Below are positions 35,047 to 46,792 of a stretch of 64,000 bases of DNA, piece after piece. The notes under the pieces were generated by a model. The model ran no database searches. It had not been told where the DNA came from and saw nothing but the letters and a program-made list of their open reading frames with translations. A program made the position numbers and the translations under genes. Each line of letters opens with the position of its first letter. The first letter of the stretch is position 1. Origin of the DNA: Paraphysomonas bandaiensis (taxonomy: Eukaryota; Protista; Chrysophyceae); NCBI GenBank assembly GCA_965644295.1, contig CBFFRP010000145.1, forward strand, positions 1 through 64,000, in the 5' to 3' direction.

Positions 35047-36534
35047 ATGAGCCGAGTGAGTAAACTCCCTTCAAACCTTTACTACTATATCGTGACCAAG
35101 GCCGAGACAGATGATGTGGACTGCAGCGGGTCTATTCCTCCTTATCTCCTGCAGAGAAGACCACGAGCCTACTCGCTGACTTCGTATTTTAAGAAGGAGG
35201 AGGACCCCATGGCGCTGCAGCGGAGAGAGAGGTGTCTGTTAACGCAGATGAAGACCAATTGCAACCATCTGCAGGCAGTCTTCACGCATGATGGGTCACG
35301 TATCGTCACTTTGAATGATGTGGGTCAGCAATATCATACAATAGTGATATACCACACTAAAACACATCTATTGGAGAGGTCCTTCGAAGTGCCGAACAAA
35401 TCGGCATTCATGCAGGTCAGCGAAGACAATTGCTTGTTGGCTGTTGGACAACTGGGCGAAGAACTCGTAAAAATATATGATTTTCAAACTGGTGAGTTAT
35501 TGGTTGATTTAGTGGCAAGAATTGGCATTGGCCATATGGGAGAAATTAAATTTCTGGGTCGTAATAATCTTATGGAAATTCGAAATTTTAATTCACGTGG
35601 CCAGACCAATAAAAGCTCGCAGCGGATGTGGGATTTGGGTTTTAATCTTATCGATGGTGAAGCCCACCTCAACACTGCTAATGGATATCACCGAATTCCC
35701 CGATTTAGAAATGAAGGCGATGATGATGATGAACAAGAGGTGAAACTGTGGGAAAAGGAATGGGCATATGCAGGGCACGCAGTCTTCATAGCCCCCCTGG
35801 GGACCTTCCTTACCTGTCTAGAAAATGGTGACATGAAATGGATCAGTGCCAAATCTGGTAAGCTATTTGAACCATTTTTACACAGTTTTCTACAATATAT
35901 AAACTGGGCTGAACTGTGAGGCTGTTTTCATATAACACACACTATAATTTCAGGTGAGGTGACACGCACGGTATCTATCAGAGAGCGCACATCCCGTGTC
36001 GTGCTTTCCAACAACGGTCAGTTCATTGCTGTCGGCATGCAAGGCAAGGCCTCGGTGTTTTGTGCTTCCAGTGGCCGTCGACTGAATGTTGTACCATCTC
36101 CTCTTCTCGATGACAATTTCATTTGTGATCCACTTGCATTCACTGACTCAGATAAATGTCTAGTTATGCGAATACATAAGGCGCGTACTGTAATCATTTG
36201 TGACTGGCATACTTGTACAGTGCGTTTAGTTGCACGTGAGATAGGGAGCACAATCAGTGATGCCTGTGAGTGTTCAAGAGATGGAAAGTATCTCGTCTGC
36301 TGGCCCTATGGCAACCTCGAGCTGTACGACCTTCATGCTATGCGTAAAGATTTTTCCGAAAAATATTTTCAGCAAAGACAAGAGTTTTTACTGTTGAAGC
36401 GATTGTGGGACCAGCATCGTTTGACAGTTAGAGACAGGGACAAAACTCAAACTCGCGCTAGCCCTTACATTGAGAAAGCGGTACAGCTGAGTGATCTGCC
36501 CTTTCACACGTTTCTCTCCTATCTTTCGTGCTGA
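35047..36534 (+). CDS. WD40/YVTN-like beta-propeller protein (2 exons; intron 35858-35953)
   Basis: Blade-like segments AVFTHDGSRIVT, VKIYDFQTGELL, VVLSNNGQFIAVG and ECSRDGKYLVCWPYGNLELYDL. A GT-AG intron joins the two ORFs in frame. Confidence 0.7.
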
Positions 36535-37086
36535 GTGAGAGTAAGATCAGATTGTTCAGCATTTTTCATGACGATTTGTCATTTTATGTTTATTTGTTTT
36601 ATTGAATAATATATGTGTCTACTTCAATGTGGGTATGAGAAATATATGAATAGCAAAGTCTGTTATTAATTTTGAAGGGCATTCAAAGTAGGTATTATGA
36701 AGTTGCATTGATTCGTTATAATACATTCTTTAATAATATACTGTGTTGCATTAATTGTATTCGTCTTATGTATGTATCATACCGTCAGTGAAAGATCATG
36801 TGATTATATGTGAAACATTACACTGTAGCGCCCAGATTATCGGACTACAAAAGAATCGACATTCAGAGAATGTTCATCAGGCATGTTAGTTAACGTTTAT
36901 TACACAAAATCGGTGTGACTAGGTGATCCAACCAATTTGAATAGCTTGAATTATACATCCCGGTAAAACACCACAGTTGGGGATCATCATATGACTACCA
37001 TATCGGTTTATACGACATATATAAAATTTAGATTTCGATTCTCTTTATAAAAGAAGAATCAATTCTGTTGCTACAGAGCTTTCTTG

Positions 37087-37401
37087 TGGTGTTCTGGGGG
37101 ATAAGTACCGGAGATATTTCTCCGGGAAACTAACATGAGCACATATATAGTCAGCAGATATTGTTCTGTCCACTCAAAGCCAAATTCTTGTGTGATACAA
37201 GGGACACTGAAGAGTGTCATTTGGGCAGACGTCTTTGGGCCTTGACGAATGAACAGGGCATATCCGGGAATGGGCGCACATCAAGGGCATCCGGGGTATT
37301 GGGCTACCTGCGGAAGTCAAGCATCCGGGCTGTTGACCTTAAGGACTCGAAACCCCTGAAGTCAGTAGATGTCAGATATATCAGCATTCTGCTTGCTCAC
37401 G
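37087..37401 (+). repeat. Dispersed repeat family A, copy 2 (truncated)
   Basis: Colinear with 7047-7361. Confidence 0.9.
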
Positions 37402-37723
37402 TTAAATATGTATCTCTTATCTGTTAAATATAATAGCTAGAAAAGTGAATTGTAATTGTCTACAAGATATAGTCAATAAAAGACAGTGTATCAGGCGAAT
37501 GCATTACTATTAAGAATCCCTTACAGACGCTGCACAGTTATGAGTAAAGATAAGCTCAGTTACGTATGACATCTAGATACGGTGTGATGTTGCGTGATGA
37601 TGATGCGGTCTCTACAGTAGGAATTTCTAGATATGTTGAGGCATATATCTAGCTACATGTATGTATAATGCACTGTGTATGAGTACGAGTGGACATATCA
37701 AGGACACCGCCTCTTCTTCCAGC

Positions 37724-37879
37724 TATGTATGTATGTATGTATGTATGTATGTATGTATGTATGTATGTATGTATGTATGTATGTATGTATGTATGTATGT
37801 ATGTATGTATGTATGTATGTATGTATGTATGTATGTATGTATGTATGTATGTATGTATGTATGTATGTATGTATGTATG

Positions 37880-37913
<34 letters not shown>

Positions 37914-38263
37914 TGTATGTATGTATGTATGTATGTATGTATGTATGTATGTATGTATGTATGTATGTATGTATGTATGTATGTATGTATGTATGTATGT
38001 ATGTATGTATGTATGTATGTATGTATGTATGTATGTATGTATGTATGTATGTATGTATGTATGTATGTATGTATGTATGTATGTATGTATGTATGTATGT
38101 ATGTATGTTTGTATGTATGTATGTATGTATGTATGTATGTATGTATGTATGTATGTATGTATGTATGTATGTATGTATGTATGTATGTATGTATGTATGT
38201 ATGTATGTATGTATGTATGTATGTATGTATGTATGTATGTATGTATGTATGTATGTATGTATG

Positions 38264-38297
<34 letters not shown>

Positions 38298-38496
38298 TGT
38301 ATGTATGTATGTATGTATGTATGTATGTATGTATGTATGTATGTATGTATGTATGTATGTATGTATGTATGTATGTATGTATGTATGTATGTATGTATGT
38401 ATGTATGTATGTATGTATGTATGTATGCATGTATGTATGTATGTATGTATGTATGTATGTATGTATGTATGTATGTATGTATGTATGTATGTATGT
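37724..38496. repeat. (TATG)n microsatellite upstream of ABCA
   Basis: ~770 bp of nearly pure TATG ending ~130 bp before ATG 38624. Confidence 0.98.
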
Positions 38497-38623
38497 GTAG
38501 GCGTATGTATACTGTATACAGCAGCAGTTCACATATGTTTGTTATCCAGCATATCTTTGTCATGGAGTGTGGATGATTGCCACTCATTGAAAGGTGATTC
38601 AATTCGGCTTGTCACATAGAATC

Positions 38624-41600
38624 ATGGAAGAGGACATCCAGGACGAAATATCATTCGGAAAGAGTCAGTTCAAAGGCAAGAAGGGGTTTGCTATTGATTT
38701 GTACAGATGGTAGGCGGGATATGTATATATATGTGTGTGTGCGCGGGTGATCTGTTCTACAGGTGGATACAATTCGTCGCTCTTCTGTTGAAAAACTTTC
38801 TTATCCTGATACGGAGACCAGTGCAGTTGGCGGTCATGCTGTGCCTGCCGTCGGCCGTATTTTTTACTTTTCTGATTCAACGTAACGGCGGAGACAGTGA
38901 CGGGAACAGCTCCCCCCCTCTCTATCCAGCGATCCCTATTTCTGACTTGGGTGATTGTGATGTTCACTACGGTTCAAAGTGTGTGCGAGTTGTATACGGC
39001 CCAGAGTCAGAGAAAACAAACGATATCATGACAACTTTTAGTGACATCAACGATCTGAGCTTCGGATCTGATGTTCGTGGATTTGAAACGGTAAGCAAAT
39101 TGATTAGTATAGCTATCTTTGTAATTTTTATTTATATATGTGTAGGTCGATCTTGCACAGGAATTTGTTGCGTCGCATATAGGCATGGTTCAATTCACTG
39201 TTCTTTTCAGAAACGACTCGCTCTGGGAAACCACTGCATATAGTCCGGATAATATACCACTTGAGAAAAATTTGTCCTATGTTATATTCTACAATAGCAG
39301 CCGCAACAATGATGTACGGTCGAAGGAATATAAAATTAATTTCCCGCTGCTGGTCGTGGAAAAAACTATTGAGGAGTCCTATATGCGGGTTTCCTTGGGA
39401 AATGCCTTCGAAAAGTACGACGTGAACTACGGACAGCTCTGGGCTGTACCTAGTGGATTAGATGATACGAATCAAACATTCATTAATTCAACTAAGTGCG
39501 ACCTCGAAACACGCCCTCATGCAATTGCGCTCGGGACGACGTTGCCTTGGGTATTAGTGTTTGCAGTGCTTTTCCTATCAAATGTTTGCTTCCAAGTAGT
39601 AGCAGAGGAACGACGCAAGAAGCTCTTCACTTCCCTGCGCCGACTGGGTTTACTTGATACTGCGTACTGGGCCTCATGGTTTGTTGCATTGCAGATTGTT
39701 ATTCTTACAGGAGCCTCGCTGTCTCTTGTAGTCGCGGCCGCAGTGCGACCTCATTCCTCTTCTTTGCGTGGTATAGATTTATCACTGATGCTTTTGCTGC
39801 TATGGCTCACTGGATCCGCCTGCGTTTCCATGTCCCTTTTTCTTGCTGCTTTCTGCAGTTCTTCTTCAGTAGCCACTTCTCTTGCGTTCACACAGTTTCT
39901 TATAGCCCTTGCAACACTATCGGCAGCAACGGATCCTCTTAACAGCTACGATACCATAAGTGGAGAGTGCTTTTTTGTTGCCTCTTCATACAACAAAATT
40001 TACTCAACTTCACTTCTAGGGCACACCTTTGTGCAGTTCTTAGTTTTCTTTTTGCCATTTTTCCACTCTGCACAGGCAGTTACAGACATTATATCGGTTG
40101 TGCAGTACAAGCATCAAAATATCCGTATAGGAGATCTCGGGTCACCAATACAAATGGTGTACGACAGCACATCGTCGAGTACATTTGACAGCAAGTGGGT
40201 GGGATGGGCTCTAAAGATGTTAGCTGTGAACACAGTCTTGTATTTGTTCCTTGCCTGGTTAACGGCGGAGATACTCTCGTCAGATGTAACTGAGGGGCGA
40301 CCATTGCTCTCTGTTTTGATTCCTCCTTCGCTTCGAAGGTTCCTGACGGGAAGCAGTGGGACGACGGCTGTAGAGGAAGGAGATGTAAGGGGCGAGGAGA
40401 AGAAAAAGAGTGGTGACGATAGAAGTGTCAGAGCTTATAAGGTATATATATATATTTTAGCTTCCGATGACATACACAAATCTAAATGTGTTGTAGAATG
40501 CTTATTACGCCGTCAATAGATACAGATGTCTACCATATATTGTGTTTCAGCTGTTTTCAGGTGAGCAAGACCTACTCAGGAGTGCAGGCATTGAAAGAGG
40601 TTTCTCTGACGATGAAAAGAGGGGAGTGCTTTGTTATGCTAGGTATGGTTATTGATGTGCGGTAGCAATTTCTAATGAGCCCTTGTTGGTTTTGTTGGCA
40701 GGTCATAATGGCGCAGGTATATATCTTGTTCATCCGGTATTTATTGTCAGACCTTACGCACTCGTGCTAACAGGAAAGTCAACACTAATTAATATCATCA
40801 CTGGAATTGTGTCCCCGACTCACGGTAAGGTTTTCATTAACGGATTAGATAGCGAGCTGGACCAAGCAGAGATTCAACAGACCATTGGTGTGTGTTCACA
40901 AGACGACCTAGTTTGGGATGAGCTGACCGCTAGAGAGCATATGTTACTAACAGCAGTTTTCAAAGGCCTAAAGATAGGTCCGGAGCTCTATTCTGCCGTA
41001 GATACAGTGTTAAATATGGTGCAACTTAAAGAACGAGCAAATGAGTTTTGCAGTCAATATTCCGGCGGAATGAAGCGACGTTTGAGTACGGTTGAAGAAG
41101 TTATTTTTTATGTGCTTACTTTTTGTAGGTGTGGCAATGAGCACAGTAGGAGATGTGGAGATCCTTTTCTTGGATGGTAAGAACGAAATTAACTTCAAAT
41201 ATTATAACAATGTTATTAATGCAGAGCCGACCACTGGGCTGGACCCGGTGAGTAGAAGAAAGGTCTGGGAAGCCATCCATGCAATGAAAAAGGACCGCGT
41301 GGTTGTGTTGACAACGCACAACATGGAGGAGGCGGACTTTCTTGGAGACACTATAATGATCATGCATGGCGGGCATGGTTCGTGGTTTGTTCGCGGTTTA
41401 TATAGAATGTGACTGCGTTTATGTGCAGTGCGTGCCCTGGGCGACCCTTTGTTTCTGAAACAAACTTTCGGGCGTGGTTATCAAGTAAATCTCTGCGTTC
41501 GCCCTGGCCACATTGAAGAAGCCAGAGATATGGTTGCACGTGTACTCCCTGATGCGAATTGCACTATTGATGAGACTTCATGTGCCATATACGTCACTGT

Positions 41601-44600
41601 CCCCCGCCAAAATGTTGTTGGCCTTCCTCGAATATTTGCATGGCTTGAAAACTCGTCTCGCGCGTCATCTATTGTGACAGAATGGGGGGTAAGCAACACC
41701 ACCCTCGAGCAAGTATTTCTTTCTCTGTGTGCACAGAACACGGAAATAAATATGAGCGCTATGTCTGATGCAGGTAGCAGTCGAGAATTCCTGTGTCCTA
41801 TGTGTAGGGTTCGTCGTAAGGATACGGTGTTTATGAGAAATATGTCTGGCCAGGCTGTTGTTGTTCCCGAGAGTCTGTGTTGGATTTGCGCATCAGAGAA
41901 CGAGCACTTCGTTGTTGACGATGAGGACGTCAATCATGCATTATTAGCTGGCGAATCAAAAGATAATGAGGTCTCGGAGTTACTAAAAGCGGCTCATAGA
42001 AAAGCTGAAGCTTTCGCGACTAAGCATATATTGGATTTGGAAGCTCAACAAGAAGATGTCGATATCGAAGGGGTGAACTGGGATTCGCCCCTGTTGACTA
42101 ATGGTAGCACTGACCAAACTGCTGCTAGCGCTTTTACTGAGGAAGAATTTAGCCAGGATTTCAAAACCAGTGATTCTACTCAATCTGGAAATGGATCACA
42201 ATATGCTCAGATTCATGCCCTTGTTGTGAAAAATATCGTCCTTCAATCCCGACAAAAGTGTTCCAATATATGCAGGTAGCTATAACTTAATTGCGACTTG
42301 CACTTGGTAACATATTTGCAGTGTACTCTTTGTTGGAGTTATGTTTCTGATGTTATATTTGATATCGCTTTTGTTTGGACCCCTTGATGACATTAAGCAA
42401 TGCGGCCAAGGATATTTATCTGTTGATGGGTGCTCAATGACTGAAGTGGTGGACCATATTTTCAGCGGGTCTGACAACGATATGGCCAACGATGATTGGT
42501 GGGATGATGACGATGTAGTGGGGCCATACGGGTACAACGTTAAAAATTATTTGGTTCCGAGTCAATATGGAGTAACCATATTCGGTACGACGGATGGAAT
42601 ATACAACACATATGGGTTACCTGTGTATGATAATAGATACAATATCGTATGGATGTCTTCTTTAAACTCAACCAAACTGCAAAGTGCTGATACGCGTGGT
42701 TTATATTTTACTTCACGCTCACCTCCCAGTTCCGCGGCTGGAACAACTGATGCCCCAAATGATGCAATGTATTCAAGTCAAGAGTTAGTTTATGAAAACA
42801 CGCTGACGAATGGTTACCCCCAGTGTTCATACTACGCCCCAGACACTGTAGTTGGGGATTACTCCACAGAAAACTCCGAGCTTGCGCAGTCGTTTTCAGA
42901 TGTCTTTGCAGACACCGTATTTTCTTGTCCTACTTGTCCAGTTCTCAACCCTGGTGAAATGCCGAGTACGCCTAGTATTTACTTTGACGGAACGTTTTGG
43001 TTATCGGCAGTTTCCACCAAAAGTTGTGAATCACCGACGTGTAAAAAATATCCCTACGGCTATATAAATTATAAATCTGATAGCGTCAATTCCTCCAATA
43101 TGTATCTCGGCGAAGAATGTCCTTTAGGAATTGAGGTAATGGAAATGAACCAGGAATTGTACTACTACGATCATGACCAGACAATGCATGCGATGACATA
43201 TTTGAACTTGTTGTCGAATGTGCTACTGCAGCCTACCCTTGAAACTTACAGTATGCAGGGGGGATACAGTGAGTATGGTGAACTCAGCTTCGACGCTGTC
43301 TTGATATCCCAAGCTCAATCAAATATCCTAACAGTGTTGGCGATGATGTTGCTAAATGGTTTCTGGCCACTTGCTGTATGGCGTCTGTCACATGAGCGTT
43401 CACAAAACATAGTCTTGATGATGCGAACAGTCGGAATGCGGGCGTCATCTTACATATTTGGGATGTTTTTCTTTGATATGGTAGTATCAGTGCTGTCGGG
43501 AATTGCTATGCTAGTATTTGCTGTGGAAATGAAGCTTTCGCAATTTAAAGGAGCACCAGTTGGCTATCTTGTTGCTGTTGTTTTATTGTCCGCATTTGCT
43601 CTAAATGCGGGGGCATTGTTGATGGTTCAACTCCTTGGAAAGAGGTCTTCGATACTTCCGATGATTGCCCCATGCTTCTGCATAGGTATGACGGCGGCTA
43701 CATCACTACTGAATGTATTTTTGTTCCAAGATGACGGGGAATGGCCATGGTATCTATCAATTATTCCATTTTTTGCCCAAGGCCGGGCTTTATATATAAT
43801 ACTCGTCTACCATCGAACATCTAACGAAGTTGATACAGCGCTGGCACTTCTTACTTTGTTCGGATTGGGGTGTCTGATTCTTGTCTATATATTAGAAGCA
43901 GAGATTCCGGTCCTGGCTATTGCTGCGAAACGCTGGAAGAAGTTTTATTCCTCTGCCGATGACAATGACGAAAACTATGATGCCACAAGAGACTTGGAAT
44001 TGCGACTCAGCAGCTCTACGAGGTTTAACTCGATCGAGGGTGTCACCGCACGTGTGGCAACTGATGATGACGTCATTGAGGAGAGGCGGAGAGCAGTTTC
44101 GTTTACGACGCATAGAGACACTGGTCGTGATTCCCTTCTTGCTATTGTGATTAAGGAACTCAGACATATATTTCCTAATGGAACAGTGGCAGTTAAAGAT
44201 TTGTCTCTAGCATTGAACTACGGAGAGTGCTTTGGTAAGTATTTAAATTATTTTGCATTTATAATCGGGCTGTCATGTAGGTCTCCTGGGTCCGAATGGA
44301 ACTGGTACACATTATATGCTTGAAATTACATCGTTTTCATAACTATTATTTGTATTAGGAAAGTCAACTACTATATCTATTCTCAGCGGAACACTTAAAG
44401 CAACTTATGGTGAGGTTTATGTCGCAGGAAGTGATTTGCGTATTGACACGACAGCTGTTCATCGCTATGTTGGCATATGTCCTCAATTTGATGTTGTGTG
44501 GCCCGATATGACTGTGGAAGAGCATTTGGCATTCCAGGCACGACAAAGAGGAACTCCCGGTAAACGAATCTATGCCGAAGTACAGAAAGCAGCTGTTGCT

Positions 44601-45303
44601 GTTGGGTTAGACGGGGACGGGTTCCACACAAAGGCTGGTGAGCTTAGCGGAGGCATGCGTCGAAGACTTTCAATTGCTATGAGTGTGGTTGGGAATCCAC
44701 CTATCGTATTCATGGATGGTATGGCTGCTTGTATCGTTTCTTCTGCCTCACATTACTCTAACTCTGTATCTAGAGCCCACCACCGGTCTTGATCCTGACA
44801 ATAAGAACCATGTGTGGAAGATTATTCAGAGCCTAAAGACTCCTGATCGCCTTATACTTATGACCACACATAGGTATGTGAATATCTGTTTTCTGTCCTC
44901 ATAATTATTTTTTGCAATCTCTAGTATGGAAGAAGCGGAAGCACTTTGTAATCGTATAGGAATAATGGCGCGGGGTGAACTACAATGTATTGGCTCTCCT
45001 CAACACCTGAAGACAAAGTTTGGAAAAGGGTTTACTCTTACCGTAAATCTGATAAAGAAACCTGGTAACGAGAGCACGAACAATGAGGATTTGACGACCT
45101 TTGTTCGTACAGTTCTAAATGGATGTTTGTTGAGTTCGATAAATGCAACACGGAAGTTCGTTATTCAAAGAGATCAATCAATTCACATTTCACACATATT
45201 TAAGCAAATGGAGCTCAATAAGGCCAGACTTGGGGTACGCGAGTGGGGTCTGTCTATGAGTACACTAGAGGATGTTTTTATATCCGCTGTGAACGACAAC
45301 TGA
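38624..45303 (+). CDS. Full-length ABC transporter, subfamily A (TMD-NBD-TMD-NBD; multi-exon)
   Basis: [35 protein letters not shown], spliced Walker A LGHNGAGKST and [12 protein letters not shown], signatures [10 protein letters not shown] and [19 protein letters not shown] twice, TTH.MEEA, and TTLEQVF/STLEDVF. Confidence 0.96.
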
Positions 45304-45834
45304 AGTTGAAAGCAAATATATTCATGGAAAGTCCATACTATGTTCCTCAGCATTTCATGATGATATATTTATTCTCGATGGCAGTTTGCAGTATCAAAGT
45401 AACCATAGAGTTATAATAGAAGAAATGTTGACTATGACGTAAGTAAGCTGAAAAATGTAAAGAAAGTACTGTAGTAGATGTGTCAACACCTGGATCTGCT
45501 CTTTATAATTCAATCGAGCCGTTCTGAAACGGCCACTGTGATCTTTCACTTGTCAAGGAATATATGCCTATTAGTGGTGCTAATCTGAGTCTCATATACT
45601 TGGTCGAATGCTATGAAGCTTAGTAGCTATCTCACTCAAATAGACAACACTCATGCTATTGACGGCTTACGCAGGAACTATGTGAAGAAGACAGTGACCG
45701 TCAGGTGAATCTACTGAAAAGAGTTGTGACACTTCAAATAAGTTATTTACAACATTAGCATACACTAAATCACTGATAACTCCCTAACTCTAATCACACG
45801 CTACTAATACTAGTGTACTTTAGAGCCTGTCATA

Positions 45835-46152
45835 TCATGAAAAATTCTTCATATCTACAAAGTCGCTGCATATGGCCTCACGCAGACTACTTATCTGATC
45901 AGCCTTACCGGAAAAGTCTGCATCGGAGTATATAGACTCAAGCTCCTTTGTAAACGCGTCAGTCATAGACACTAAATACTCCGCTCTCGACAACTCAGTG
46001 CGTCTCTGCCGCTCACTCTGACACTCCTGTTCGTCTGTTCGAGACGCACTGTGCGACCCGCTACCAACACCAACTACACTGTAAAAGGCATCCTCGGAGC
46101 CTGTGCTTCCAAATTCAGCAATAAGTTTGACAGTCTCGGCTTTCTGAGACAT
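45835..46152 (-). CDS. Small protein with an Rsa3-like (ribosome assembly) C-terminal motif
   Basis: EYLVSMTDAFTKELESIYSDADFSGKADQISSLREAI resembles the Rsa3 pattern Y....T..F..DL..L....DF......L..AL. The ATG is ~60 bp from the TATG array. Confidence 0.55.
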   Translation of the reverse strand: MSQKAETVKLIAEFGSTGSEDAFYSVVGVGSGSHSASRTDEQECQSERQRRTELSRAEYLVSMTDAFTKELESIYSDADFSGKADQISSLREAICSDFVDMKNFS

Positions 46153-46209
46153 GCTGCGTGCTTTATACTAGCAGACAGCCTGCCTGTCGATTACATCCAG
46201 CCACACACA

Positions 46210-46606
46210 TATGTACGTATGTATGTATGTATGTATGTATGTATGTATGTATGTATGTATGTATGTATGTATGTATGTATGTATGTATGTATGTATGTAT
46301 GTATGTATGTATGTATGTATGTATGTATGTATGTATGTATGTATGTATGTATGTATGTATGTATGTATGTATGTATGTATGTATGTATGTATGTATGTAT
46401 GTATGTATGTATGTATGTATGTATGTATGTATGTATGTATGTATGTATGTACTGTATGTATGTATGTATGTATGTATGTATGTATGTATGTATGTATGTA
46501 TGTATGTATGTATGTATGTATGTATGTATGTATGTATGTATGTATGTATGTATGTATGTATGTATGTATGTATGTATGTATGTATGTATGTATGTATGTA
46601 TGTATG
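46210..46606. repeat. (TATG)n microsatellite in a divergent promoter
   Basis: ~395 bp lying between ATG 46152 (-) and ATG 46793 (+). Confidence 0.98.
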
Positions 46607-46792
46607 CACATAGAATACAGCAGCAGAATCGCAGGATGTTCCTAGTCGTACTGCTGTACTGTATGTGTGTACTCTGTATATGGTGTATATATACAGTATA
46701 TATAACGGTTTCTGTGGAGTGTTTGGGGGTCAGGTTGGCAGAAGTGTTACTGGAGTCACTATTCACAGGTTGGTTAATTCGAAGTGTTTGTT

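Noticed and set aside
37161-37427. Similar short ORFs in repeat A copies (also 51221-51478) as a conserved peptide
   Set aside because: The similarity follows from the DNA repeat. Copy 1 has indels and stops, and the starts are non-ATG.
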